Assembly: GCA_003157485.1 (NCBI GenBank)
Contig: PMJQ01000099.1
Coordinates: 5,660-69,659 of the forward strand
Direction: 5' to 3'
DNA: 64,000 nt
Source: Ignavibacteriota bacterium
GTDB lineage: Bacteria > Bacteroidota > Ignavibacteria > UBA10030 > UBA6906
A program made the translations under genes and the position numbers. This document shows positions 11,965 through 21,680 of this stretch, one piece after another (within the stretch, counting starts at the first letter, position 1; every line of letters starts with the position of its first letter). Under the pieces are notes generated by a model, which ran no database searches, was not told the origin of the DNA, and saw nothing but the letters and a program-made list of their open reading frames with translations.

Positions 11965-14133
11965 TCAGATCATGCCGCTTCGTTTGCGTATGATCCATTC
12001 AGCGGAAAACAGGGCGATCACGAGTGCGAGCAAGTACGGCCAGCGGTGAAGCTCGATTGCCTCCGTTTTCTGCTCTTCGCGTGCGGCAAGGGGTCCGAGT
12101 GTGCGGAGCTTTTCCCGCAAATTCCCGGCATCCCTGGAAGGGAGATACTCTCCGCCCGTCCTGTAGGCAATCTGGCGGAGAATCTCCGCATTCATCCTCG
12201 TGTCCAGGTATTCCAGGTTCAGGCCGCCGACAAGAAATGAGCCCGAGTCGTGTCCGGCATCATGTCCCCCCTTTGAAGCGGCGGCCCTGAAGGTAAAATC
12301 CCCAGCCGGAAGCCCCTCCACGGAACCGTCGTACCTTCCGCTTCCCAGCGGGTGCAGGTCGGTGTGAATGCTTGCGCCGCCGCCGGAAATCTCAACAGAG
12401 ACCTGTGCGTCGTCAACCGGCTGAGATTCCTCATTGTACACCTGCCCTGAAAAGGCGACCAGTTCTCCCCGGGAGAACTGGTCGCGGACCGGAACGACGC
12501 GGACGTTTCGCCCTTCGTCTCGCGACGTGAGCCAGCGGAGAGCCGAAGAGAGAAAAGAGGCAAACTGCGGCGCCGTATCTGGATTTCCCTGAGCCATAAG
12601 GCGCCACCGCCAGAGACCGTATCCCATAATGCTGAGCGACCGCGTGCCGGCGATGTCACGGACAGCCATAAACGGTTGGGGAAGGAGGACATTTCCTATC
12701 CGTGGGGACCCGAGTGCGACGGATCCTTCGCGGAGTCGATAAGCCGCCCGGGATGCAAAGACCGGCGGGAGATTGCTCCACACGTCGCGCCGGGTATCCG
12801 GCCCGAGCGCCAGAAGTGGGTTTTCAAGACGGAACGGATCGGGCACGAATTCAACTTCCCGCTCACCCGGAGTCGATTCCTCCTGAATCACCGGAAGCGA
12901 AGGCGCCATCGCGGGGAGTTTTGACTGATCAATCGATTTTCCCCCGACGAACAGGAGGGGCTTTTTTCCTTCGGTTATTGCCGATCGCAGAAGTTCCACC
13001 GCGCCTGCCGCCGTTGACGCATCGGGCATCCCAATGCACAGGATACAGTCTGCGCTGTCGACTGCCCGGGGTGTCAGCGCGCCTTCATAGTATCCCCCGC
13101 CGAGTTTCTGCGTCAGCGCCTGCACGGATATGTTGGGATTCTCCGCAAGAGTCGTCCGGATGACGCTCAGATCCGGGCTTGGACCCGATGCGAGAATGAG
13201 AACGCGCATCGTGCTCCTTAGGACCTTTACGACGAAGAACCGCCTGTTATTCGCGGTTGTCAGTTCACCGGGAAGAGGGGAGACATTTACGGAGTACCGG
13301 TGGGAACCCTCTCCCGCCGGGGCATACGAAAGCCTGGCGGGTGCCTCCGCCGTTCCGCCGGGAAGCAGAACCGTTGTCCGGTCGAGCGTCCTTGTCCCCT
13401 CGCTGAGCGTTACCTCAACTTTCTCCCCGCCGTAGCCCGAGCTCTTGATGACCGCGTCGACAGGCGCCATCGCGCCGGCATACACGATGTCGTTTGCCGT
13501 GACGCGGGAGACCAGAACATCCTTCTGCTCCGCCGTATCGCCGATGCCGATCGGAAAGATGGGGATGCCCAGGTCGCCCGCTCTGTACACGGGGTTATCT
13601 CCCTTCGTGAACATTCCGTCCGTCAGCATGACGACCGCCCGGATATTATGACTCTCCCGTTGGTGTACGAGCTCGCGAAGCGCGCCGGCGATATCGGTGA
13701 CTTCATCGCTGAGGGTGTCGGGCGGCTGCGCAAGAGGTCCCCGGAGCGATGCTCCGAACGAATAGAGAAGCGTTTGAACTCCCGGGGGGACGGTCCCGGG
13801 AACGACGTCAGCAAGCAGGGTTCTGATCTGTGCGGCCCGGTCCCCCGTCCCGTCCACGATTGTCATGCTGGCGCTTCTGTCGGCAAGGACTGCAATGACA
13901 GGCGGATGGCGGATCACGGTCGACGTACGGAGGACGGGTTCCAGGAGCAGGAGGAGGACAAGAGCGAGGGCCGTCCCGCGAAGAACGCTGAGGGTAATCC
14001 GTCGTGAGCGCGCCACCGGCGGAAGCGTGAAACGGTAAAAGAAATAGGAGAGGCCGGCCGCAAGGCCGATCAGGAGCGCGGCGAAGAGCAGGGACGAAGT
14101 AAACGAAAACTCGATTGACGGGAGGCCGAACAT
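11965..14133 (-). CDS. VWA-domain membrane protein with N-terminal double-transmembrane domain (BatA-like)
   Basis: Two N-terminal TM helices are followed by a VWA MIDAS motif (DRSASM, DxSxS) and an LTDG motif. A long C-terminal region resembles a class-I amidotransferase-like domain. The gene lies immediately downstream of the MoxR ATPase. Confidence 0.65.
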   Translation of the reverse strand: MFGLPSIEFSFTSSLLFAALLIGLAAGLSYFFYRFTLPPVARSRRITLSVLRGTALALVLLLLLEPVLRTSTVIRHPPVIAVLADRSASMTIVDGTGDRAAQIRTLLADVVPGTVPPGVQTLLYSFGASLRGPLAQPPDTLSDEVTDIAGALRELVHQRESHNIRAVVMLTDGMFTKGDNPVYRAGDLGIPIFPIGIGDTAEQKDVLVSRVTANDIVYAGAMAPVDAVIKSSGYGGEKVEVTLSEGTRTLDRTTVLLPGGTAEAPARLSYAPAGEGSHRYSVNVSPLPGELTTANNRRFFVVKVLRSTMRVLILASGPSPDLSVIRTTLAENPNISVQALTQKLGGGYYEGALTPRAVDSADCILCIGMPDASTAAGAVELLRSAITEGKKPLLFVGGKSIDQSKLPAMAPSLPVIQEESTPGEREVEFVPDPFRLENPLLALGPDTRRDVWSNLPPVFASRAAYRLREGSVALGSPRIGNVLLPQPFMAVRDIAGTRSLSIMGYGLWRWRLMAQGNPDTAPQFASFLSSALRWLTSRDEGRNVRVVPVRDQFSRGELVAFSGQVYNEESQPVDDAQVSVEISGGGASIHTDLHPLGSGRYDGSVEGLPAGDFTFRAAASKGGHDAGHDSGSFLVGGLNLEYLDTRMNAEILRQIAYRTGGEYLPSRDAGNLREKLRTLGPLAAREEQKTEAIELHRWPYLLALVIALFSAEWIIRKRSGMI

Positions 14134-14145
14134 CGGAGGCGGTCG

Positions 14146-15144
14146 TCAGCCCGCTTCCTGGAGCAATCGCTCAACGATTTCAATCGCGGTTACCCCGTCC
14201 GCTTCGGCGTTGAAATTCGGTACGATCCGGTGACGGAGCGTTGGGCCCGTGACCTTCCGCACGTCGGCGATGTCCGGCGAATGGCGGCCGTCGAGAAGCG
14301 CACGCGTTTTGGCACCGAGGATGAGGCTCTGAGATGCCCGCGGTCCCGCACCCCAGCTGAGCCATTCACGGATGAATTTGGGGGCGCTGTCCGATTTTGG
14401 CCGCGTCATCGTGGTGATGCGCACGGCATAGTCTATCACGTTATCCGCAACCGGAACTTTCCGAACGAGATCCTGATACGCGGCAATCTGTTTTCCCGTG
14501 AGGATCCGGCGCGGCGTGGGGCGCGCCATGCTCGTCGTCGCCTTCACGATGCGTATCTCCTCGTCGTGCGAGGGATAATCGACCCACAGGTTGAACATGA
14601 ATCGGTCAAGCTGGGCTTCCGGAAGCGGGTACGTGCCTTCCTGTTCGATGGGATTCTGTGTGGCAAGGACGAAAAATGGCTCCTGTAGCGTATAGGTCTG
14701 GCCGGCCGCGGTGACGCGGTGTTCCTGCATGGCCTCGAGAAGCGCCGCCTGCGTCTTCGGCGGGGTGCGGTTGATTTCGTCCGCCAGGACGACGTTTGCG
14801 AATACCGGTCCACGGACGAACTTGAACGACTTCGAGCCGGTGGTGACGTTTTCCTCGATGATCTCCGTCCCCGTGATGTCGCTCGGCATCAGATCCGGCG
14901 TGAACTGGATTCGGTTGAACGTGAGGTCAAGGACCTCAGCGAGAGTCTTGATGAGGAGAGTCTTCGCAAGCCCGGGCACGCCGACGAGAAGGCAGTGTCC
15001 CCTCGCAAGGAGCGCGATAAGAAGCTGCTCGACGACAGTCTCTTGGCCGATGATGACAGTTCCGATCTCGGCACGGAGCGCATCGTAGGACGCCTTCAGG
15101 TCCTTTGCGGCGGCGACATCCCCCGCACCTTCGCGTCCTGTCAT
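14146..15144 (-). CDS. MoxR-family AAA+ ATPase
   Basis: Classic MoxR Walker A and core (GHCLLVGVPGLAKTLLIKTLAEVLDLTFNRIQFTPDLMPSDITGTEI). The start was revised to the ATG at 15144-15142, which overlaps the stop of the upstream SurA-like gene as ATGA. The track start at 15300 would overlap SurA by 160 nt. Confidence 0.9.
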   Translation of the reverse strand: MTGREGAGDVAAAKDLKASYDALRAEIGTVIIGQETVVEQLLIALLARGHCLLVGVPGLAKTLLIKTLAEVLDLTFNRIQFTPDLMPSDITGTEIIEENVTTGSKSFKFVRGPVFANVVLADEINRTPPKTQAALLEAMQEHRVTAAGQTYTLQEPFFVLATQNPIEQEGTYPLPEAQLDRFMFNLWVDYPSHDEEIRIVKATTSMARPTPRRILTGKQIAAYQDLVRKVPVADNVIDYAVRITTMTRPKSDSAPKFIREWLSWGAGPRASQSLILGAKTRALLDGRHSPDIADVRKVTGPTLRHRIVPNFNAEADGVTAIEIVERLLQEAG

Positions 15145-16405
15145 TGGGTCAACCGCATCTGCCAGTAGAACTGGTTCTTCAGCTCCTCCATCCAGGTCTG
15201 GTAGTCCTTCGTCCTCTTGAAATTCAACGCGATCGCTTCCACCTTGTGATAGTCCTGATCGAGAGTCATCACGTGCGCGGGAGTTCGTTTCCGGAGCCAC
15301 ACTATGTAGTACCTGTATCCCGTGTTCTCGGGGACCTTGACCGGGGCGCTGATATCTCCCTCTTTGAGCGTGTCAATGGCGGGACGGAACGCCTGATTCA
15401 CCTGGTCAATTTCCGCGGTGCCGATATTTCCGCCGATCGTGTTGTCCCTCAGTTCGGAGTATTTCCTAGCCAGCTCGGCGAAGCTTTCCCCTCCAAGCGC
15501 GCGCGTGCGCAGTGAATCCAGAAGCCGGATTGTGGCGTCGTCCCCCTCTTTCGACCGTTCAATTCTCAGGAGAATATGGCGGGCGTGGACCGCGTCCCCC
15601 CGGCGCTCAACAAGCTGGATAATATGAAGCCCGTGCTCCGTTTCCACGATGTCGGAAATCTGGCCGTCGGACATCGCGAAGACCGCAGATTCAAACTCCT
15701 TGACGAACATCCCGCGCCGCACGAATCCGAGATCACCCCCCTGGGCGGCCGAACCGGGGTCCTGCGAATACCGTTTGGCCATCGCTGCAAAATCGGTCCC
15801 GGTTCTCACGCTGTCGAGGATCCCCTGCAGCTTTGCGCGTGTTGCCGCCTTCGCCCGTTCGTCCGGCTTCGGCGCAACGCCGATTTCCGAGAGCTCGCAT
15901 TCCTCGGGCACGCGGGGAAGACTGTCCTTATATGTGCGGTAGAAATCCTCCACCTCGAACCGCCCGACAGTCGTGTTCCCCAGATGTTGTTGCTGGAGTT
16001 TCTGGGCGAGGAGGTTTTTGCGAAGGTCGTCCCGAAATTCCCGTTTGATGCGGGCGAGCGGCATTCCGTACATCTCTTCAAGGCGGGATTCGGATCCGTA
16101 TTGCTGCACGCGCTGCTGGATGACAGCGTCCATCTGCTGCTGGACTTCATCGTCGGTGACGGTGACGCTGTCTTCAACGGCCTTTGCGATGACGAGCTTT
16201 TCGTTTATCATGGATTGCAGCACCTGTGCGCGCAAACCGGGCGTTGCGGGATCGACCTTGTTGTTCAGCGCGTAGAACTGCACCTGGGCGTTCAGCTCCG
16301 ATTCAAGGATCAGTTCGTTGTCGACTGTCGCCACAATCCGGTCGAGCGTCTGCGCCTGGACGCAGATCGGGTATAAAAGCGCAAACAGGAAAAAGATTCT
16401 CTTCA
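15141..16405 (-). CDS. SurA-like periplasmic chaperone / peptidyl-prolyl isomerase (two parvulin domains)
   Basis: The start was revised to MKRIFFLFALLYPICVQAQ (signal peptide) with GGAG about 10 nt upstream. It has a SurA N-domain plus parvulin motifs (GGDLGFVRRGMFVKEFESAVFAM...HGLHIIQL). The track's first Met at 16604 adds 66 aa of low-complexity sequence. Confidence 0.8.
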
Positions 16406-16455
16406 TAACATCTCTGCTCCGATTACGCCAGGGTTTTCCCCGCCGGGAGCGGGGG

Positions 16456-17349
16456 TCATTCGCCGGTCGCACCTGCGGTGTCCGCGACGGCGAGGTTGAC
16501 CTCGACCTTGTGGCGAGTCCGCAGATCCGACACGAGCTGTTCATAGCGGATGCGGCGGCGCTCGATAAGCAGGCGCTCCCGCACCTCGTCTTTGACGTAC
16601 TCAAACTCCGGCGTTTCTCCGACGTGTTTTATGGCGTGCACCGTGAGCACATAATATCCCGCGGCAGCCTTCACGACATAGGAGACTTCCTCCTTCGGAA
16701 GCGTCCGGGCGAGTTTCCAGAGCTCCTCGGGGAAGAGCGTCCCCTGTGAGAAATATTGATTCCGCGCGACTGCCCGCAGTGCACGGCTGTGCACGGAATC
16801 CCGCCGGCATGCCGCGAGAGCGTCCTCCCATGATGAGCCGCGGAGCACGGCAGCGCGAAACTGATTGGCCTCATCACGCTCGGAAAAGAGCGCGTAACTT
16901 ACGCGTGCCACCTCTTCGCGGAGTGTGAACGAGGAAACGCTCTTCTTGAAGGCCCCCGCCACATCTTCATCCGATACCTCTTCTGTTCCAGCGCCATACA
17001 CTTCCTTCTCGAGCAATGCCCCTATCGCGAGGCGTTTCCGGGTTGCCTCAAGCTGCTCACGGAGCTGGTCAGAATCCGCCAGCCCACGGCGCTGGGCTTC
17101 CTGGTACAGAAGCTCGTTGACAACCCATTCGTTGATGAATGCCATCGATTTCCCTCTTGCGCGCGCAAGGGAATCCGCGGGTCCGGCAAGATCGCCCTCC
17201 CTCAGCTCAACCGAGCCGACCCTTGCGACGTAGGGCCGTGACGGCCCCTCGCGGGAGCATCCCGCGCAGAGCATTATAAGGAGAAGGCACAGATGCGCTA
17301 CGCGGGACGGCCGGAACCGTGGGCCATCAGCGGACAGTGGCGAACGCAT
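16456..17349 (-). CDS. SurA-N-domain-like lipoprotein (PPIase-family chaperone with degenerate parvulin domain)
   Basis: Candidate lipoprotein signal ending ...LLLIMLCAGCS. The sequence is similar to SurA and PrsA N-terminal chaperone domains. The start is uncertain; candidates are the ATGs at 17376, 17349 (31-aa signal peptide, used here) or 17274, and the gene overlaps the end of the upstream gene. Confidence 0.5.
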   Translation of the reverse strand: MRSPLSADGPRFRPSRVAHLCLLLIMLCAGCSREGPSRPYVARVGSVELREGDLAGPADSLARARGKSMAFINEWVVNELLYQEAQRRGLADSDQLREQLEATRKRLAIGALLEKEVYGAGTEEVSDEDVAGAFKKSVSSFTLREEVARVSYALFSERDEANQFRAAVLRGSSWEDALAACRRDSVHSRALRAVARNQYFSQGTLFPEELWKLARTLPKEEVSYVVKAAAGYYVLTVHAIKHVGETPEFEYVKDEVRERLLIERRRIRYEQLVSDLRTRHKVEVNLAVADTAGATGE

Positions 17350-19684
17350 TTTTGAGAATCGGTTTGTACTCCACAACCGGATACTTCTGCCTCAGCTTGG
17401 TAAGCCACTCGCCTTCGAGCCGTTTCGACTCATAGTCCTGGTACGTGCTGGAAAGCTCCGGGCCTGCCTCCTCGTACGTCTTTCGGTGTGTGCCGTCCCT
17501 CGCGTTGAGTCTGACGATCGTGTAATACCCCTTGTAGAGGAAGGGGGAGCTCACGGCGCCGACCGCGAGCGAATCCGCGTGCTGGGTGCGCTCATCGGTT
17601 GCCGGGGGGAGGATCATTGTTTCCGGCATGACTGCCACAAGGGGGGTCCGGCCGGTGAGTTCTGTGCGGATGACGTCGGTTTCATCCCGCAGCTCGGTCG
17701 CGGCTCCCGGGGAGAGCGGGTATGTCACTGTTGTCACCCGCGCAGGGTTCACGGAAAGCTTCCTGACAAGGTACTGCCTGACTGCCTCAAGCCGCGCCGC
17801 CGCAAGTTTCAGGCTCTGCTCCTTCGCGCCGGTGGTGTCCGGGCGTGCGGTGATAGTGATGCGGAGGGCGGAATCGTGATGCATTTCGGCTGCCGCAGTG
17901 CCGAGCACGGTCAGTCCCTTCGCGGCGGGTTTCGCCGAGCCGCGCGCGAAGGGTATTCGCCCGCCGGTGGGTGCCGCCATCCGGAGGGAATCACGTTCCG
18001 CGATCGTCTCGATCGTCTCACCCGAGCGGAGCAAACCGGAAATCACATCTGTGAGCGAGTCGGATCCTCCTCTGATTGCAGTGAAGCTGATACGGTCGGG
18101 CCACGTAAAATTGTCCCTGTGGGCGTTGAAATACGGCTTGAGAACGGTATCGCCCATGACGATTCTGTTCCAGACGTGTTCCTGCTCGACCTGGTAGAGC
18201 AGGATTCCTTCGCGGTATTCTGCCAGAAGTGCGGCGAATTCCGGCACGCTCTTCGCGAGAAGATCCGCCTTTGCCGAAAAGACAAGGTGCTCGCCGATCT
18301 CATTCACGGCGGTGCTGAGGGGCAGTGCCCGCAGCGACGTTCCGCCCTGGTCGGGTCGCGCGTTTATAAGATGCACGGTGCTGTCAAGAGAGACCTGATG
18401 TCCCTGGAGGGAAAAAAGCGGCTGCGCACCGAGATCGGGCGTGACCCCCGACCACCACGCGCTGTCGTGCGTCGATTTTGACGAGTCCAAGGATGCCAGA
18501 AACCTCCGGAGCGTGGCATCGAACATCTCAAAACGCACTTCCTTCTTCAGCCCGGCGAGAAACTTCGCATAATCGTCCTGGTACCGGAGCTGCTGGTAGA
18601 TCGGCTGGAGCTCCTGCTTTGCCGCCTCGAATGTCTTTCGGGGACGGACGTCGAAGCACTTGATGAGGTGGTACCCGTACGGTGTGCGGACGATGCCGGA
18701 CACCTGGCCAGGCGTGAGGTTCATTGCCACTTCGTCGAAGGGTTGCACCCAGCGCCGCCGCGAAAAGTATCCGAGATCTCCGCCCCGGCCGGCGGAACCG
18801 GGATCCTCCGAGTGACTCTTTGCAAGCGACGCAAAGTCCTCTCCTGCTGCAAGGCTGTCCTTCAACGCTTTGATCTTCGCAAACGCCTGGGCGGTGTCCT
18901 GCGGCGACGGATTCTGGTTCTGGAACCTGATCATGATGTGGCTCGCGTGCACTTCCCCGGGCGAACGCTTGCGATCGACGATTTTGATTATGTGAAGTCC
19001 ATACTGCGTGCGGACGGGCACGGAGGATACTTCGCCGATCTTCATGCTGAAAGCCGCGTCCTCGAACGGCGTGACGAGTTGTCCTGCCGTGAAGTAATAG
19101 AGGTCGCCTCTGTTGAGCTTCACCGATGGGTCCTGGGAATTCTCCAGGGCAAGAGCCCCGAAATCGGCGCCCGACTTCACCGCGGCAATGATCTCGTATG
19201 CCTTCTTATATGCCGCTGCGGAATCCGCCGGAGTCGCAGTCGGGCTGAGCGTCAGGAGTATGTGGCTGGCGCGGATTTCCTCGTTCTGCCTGGCATAGAG
19301 CTGCCTGACCCCGGGGGCGATGATCTCCCTTTCCGTAAGGTAGGAGGACGCAAGGTTCCCTTTGTATGCCCCGATCTCATACACGACCCCGGGGAGCGAG
19401 TCGAGTCCCTCGCCGTATGCGCCCGCAAGCTTCAGCCGGTATTTGACGACCAGGTCGAGAAACTTCTCGCGGTCGTCCTGACTTGTTGCCGCGGCCGCTT
19501 CCCGGCTCCCCAGGCTCTTGACATACTGCTGTTCGTACTCCGAAAGCTTCAAGGGTTGGGTGCCAATTGTGGCAACGACTGCGTCCTGCTCCGCCGGGGC
19601 ACAACCGGCGTACATGATCGATCCGAGTATCATCGCGGCAAAACAGAATCGACTGTGAGTCTTGGCCTGTTGAGACATGCGCAT
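17327..19684 (-). CDS. PpiD/SurA-family peptidyl-prolyl isomerase, 785 aa
   Basis: N-terminal signal or lipobox (MYAGCAPAE), followed by a SurA N-like region and two parvulin-type rotamase domains (SHILL... and HASHIMIRF... segments). Confidence 0.7.
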   Translation of the reverse strand: MRMSQQAKTHSRFCFAAMILGSIMYAGCAPAEQDAVVATIGTQPLKLSEYEQQYVKSLGSREAAAATSQDDREKFLDLVVKYRLKLAGAYGEGLDSLPGVVYEIGAYKGNLASSYLTEREIIAPGVRQLYARQNEEIRASHILLTLSPTATPADSAAAYKKAYEIIAAVKSGADFGALALENSQDPSVKLNRGDLYYFTAGQLVTPFEDAAFSMKIGEVSSVPVRTQYGLHIIKIVDRKRSPGEVHASHIMIRFQNQNPSPQDTAQAFAKIKALKDSLAAGEDFASLAKSHSEDPGSAGRGGDLGYFSRRRWVQPFDEVAMNLTPGQVSGIVRTPYGYHLIKCFDVRPRKTFEAAKQELQPIYQQLRYQDDYAKFLAGLKKEVRFEMFDATLRRFLASLDSSKSTHDSAWWSGVTPDLGAQPLFSLQGHQVSLDSTVHLINARPDQGGTSLRALPLSTAVNEIGEHLVFSAKADLLAKSVPEFAALLAEYREGILLYQVEQEHVWNRIVMGDTVLKPYFNAHRDNFTWPDRISFTAIRGGSDSLTDVISGLLRSGETIETIAERDSLRMAAPTGGRIPFARGSAKPAAKGLTVLGTAAAEMHHDSALRITITARPDTTGAKEQSLKLAAARLEAVRQYLVRKLSVNPARVTTVTYPLSPGAATELRDETDVIRTELTGRTPLVAVMPETMILPPATDERTQHADSLAVGAVSSPFLYKGYYTIVRLNARDGTHRKTYEEAGPELSSTYQDYESKRLEGEWLTKLRQKYPVVEYKPILKNAFATVR

Positions 19685-19785
19685 CCTCGAGCTTTGGAAT
19701 AGTGAACGACGTTAACGTAATAAGGAGAATTCGTAGATCTGTATACTAAAGAAAACAGGAGTGAGAATCAAGAAATCGCGGGGCC

Positions 19786-21036
19786 TCAGCCTGCGACGGA
19801 AAGCGCCTGGTCAAAATCGGCCTCGATATCCTGAATTCCTTCGATTCCTACCGAAATCCTTATCATCCCCGGGGTGACCCCGTGACGAGCAAGTTCGGCG
19901 GCGCTCATATTCACGTGGGACGAATACAGGGGGATGCTCACAAGCGTTTCAACTCCCCCCAACGACATCGCATTGACTGCGACACGTAGCGCGTCGCACA
20001 CGCCTGCCGCGCCGCGAGCACCGCCCGGCACCTCGATTGTTACCATGCCGCCGAATCCGTCCCCTCCCGCGCCGGTCATCTGCCTCCTGGCAATCTGATG
20101 CCCCGGATGCGAAACGAGACCGGGATACAGAACGCGCTTCACCCGGGGATGTGCTTCAAGAAAACCTGAGAGTGCCATCGCATTGCGATTCTGGCACCGG
20201 ACCCTGAGATCAAATGTCTTCAGGCTGCGCAGGAGAAGATACGCGGCAAAGGGGTCCGCGCATCCGCCGTAGTACTTGAGCTGGGTGTGGGCGCCAGATA
20301 TGAACGACGCGGTCCCGGCGACGACGCCGGCCATGACATCGGTATGCCCGCCCAGATACTTGGTCGCGCTCTCCAGGAGCACGTCAGCACCGAGTGCCAG
20401 CGGATTCTGATTGCGGACGGTGGCGAATGTGTTGTCGGCAAATGTCAGAATCCTGTGGTGCACCTTCTTCGCGGCCTGGCGTGTCCGAAACACAAGCTCA
20501 GCGATGTCCACGATTCCCAATGTCGGGTTTGTGGGCGTTTCACAGTAGATGATCTTTGTCCTTTTGGTTGCCATCGAGACGATGGATCCGAGCGCGTCCG
20601 GCCGGATGTAGCGCACCGTGATCCCGTGACGCGGCAGGATATCCCGAAAGAAACGGTAGGTTCCCCCGTACAGCGCCGGCGTGCTGAGAATTTCGTCCCC
20701 TTTCTTCACGACGGAGAGTATTGCCGAGGTGATTGCCGCCATCCCCGACGAGAACAGAAGTGCCTTTTCCGTTCCCGCCATAAGCGCGAGGTGCTCCTCC
20801 GCTTCCGTCACCGTAGGGTTGTGGTAGCGGGTGTACACGTACACATCGGGGTCCCCCTGCGCGTAGCGGATCGCATCGCCCGAGTCAGCGAATCTGTATG
20901 TGGAGGTCTGGACGATCGGGGGGGCGACGGGTCCCCGGAACGCGTACAGCTTCTTCCCGTGTATTGCCCGGGTGGCGAGCGACTGTTGTTCGGGGAGAGG
21001 AGCGGGGGACTTCACTCGTGTGTGTCCTGTTTTCAT
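19786..21036 (-). CDS. PLP-dependent Cys/Met-metabolism enzyme (cystathionine gamma-synthase / beta-lyase / methionine gamma-lyase family)
   Basis: Contains the PLP-lysine motif SATKYLGGHTDV and has the length and overall pattern of the family. Confidence 0.85.
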   Translation of the reverse strand: MKTGHTRVKSPAPLPEQQSLATRAIHGKKLYAFRGPVAPPIVQTSTYRFADSGDAIRYAQGDPDVYVYTRYHNPTVTEAEEHLALMAGTEKALLFSSGMAAITSAILSVVKKGDEILSTPALYGGTYRFFRDILPRHGITVRYIRPDALGSIVSMATKRTKIIYCETPTNPTLGIVDIAELVFRTRQAAKKVHHRILTFADNTFATVRNQNPLALGADVLLESATKYLGGHTDVMAGVVAGTASFISGAHTQLKYYGGCADPFAAYLLLRSLKTFDLRVRCQNRNAMALSGFLEAHPRVKRVLYPGLVSHPGHQIARRQMTGAGGDGFGGMVTIEVPGGARGAAGVCDALRVAVNAMSLGGVETLVSIPLYSSHVNMSAAELARHGVTPGMIRISVGIEGIQDIEADFDQALSVAG

Positions 21037-21647
21037 CGGGTGCTTTCGCTGTTATGTAGGTGATAGGGAAGGAGTGCCGCATACACCCAGAGTGTCGCGA
21101 CGATGTCATCGGGGACCTCGGCGGTGATCCCCTCGTGCGTACAGACGTCGCGAATCTGTTCCGCGCGGCGGCGCTCGTCTGACGGGGCGCCCTCAAACGG
21201 CCCGAACACGATCCTGGAAGGTCCAGAAGCAACGGTGATTTCGCCTGGGCGCGTGATCGTGGAATAGATATACGCAACCCCGCCGAAAACCACGCACTCG
21301 GGCAGCGCGCGATTGAGCGTTGCTTCATTGGCGACGCCGGTTTGAAGACTGATGATGACCGTCGAAGGACCCAGAAGGGGTAAGAGCGCGAGAATGGCCC
21401 GCTCGGTGGGGTGCGATTTGACGCAGAAGAAGACCGTGTCCACGGGTCCGATCTGGGCGGGGGATCCGACACACCGTTCCGGGGGAACCCGCAATGACCG
21501 TCCTGGGGACGTCATACGCAACCATTCCCTGCGAATCGCGTCCAAGTGGGACCCGCGTGCCGTGAACATGACATCATTCCCCGCCGCTGCCAGCATCGCG
21601 CCGAAGAACGCGCCGACGCCCCCTGCACCGATCACGGCAAATCGCAT
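21033..21647 (-). CDS. 2-dehydropantoate 2-reductase (PanE/ApbA) N-terminal Rossmann domain protein, apparently C-terminally truncated
   Basis: Begins with the PanE N-terminus MRFAVIGAGGVGAFFGAMLAAAGNDVMFTARG. It stops after ...DIVATLWVYAAL, where the ApbA_C domain should begin, and its stop overlaps the start of the downstream gene by 4 nt. Confidence 0.55.
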   Translation of the reverse strand: MRFAVIGAGGVGAFFGAMLAAAGNDVMFTARGSHLDAIRREWLRMTSPGRSLRVPPERCVGSPAQIGPVDTVFFCVKSHPTERAILALLPLLGPSTVIISLQTGVANEATLNRALPECVVFGGVAYIYSTITRPGEITVASGPSRIVFGPFEGAPSDERRRAEQIRDVCTHEGITAEVPDDIVATLWVYAALLPYHLHNSESTR

Positions 21648-21680
21648 ATCATTCCACCGGGGCTGTGAATGGAATCCCGT

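Noticed and set aside
15576-19702. Plus-strand ORFs 15576..16376, 17486..18481 and 18668..19702 (266-344 aa).
   Set aside because: They are antisense to the SurA and PpiD-family genes, which carry clear signal peptides and parvulin motifs. They are GC-rich antisense artefacts.
20287-21063. 258-aa plus-strand ORF.
   Set aside because: Antisense to the PLP-dependent MetB-family gene and the panE-like gene.
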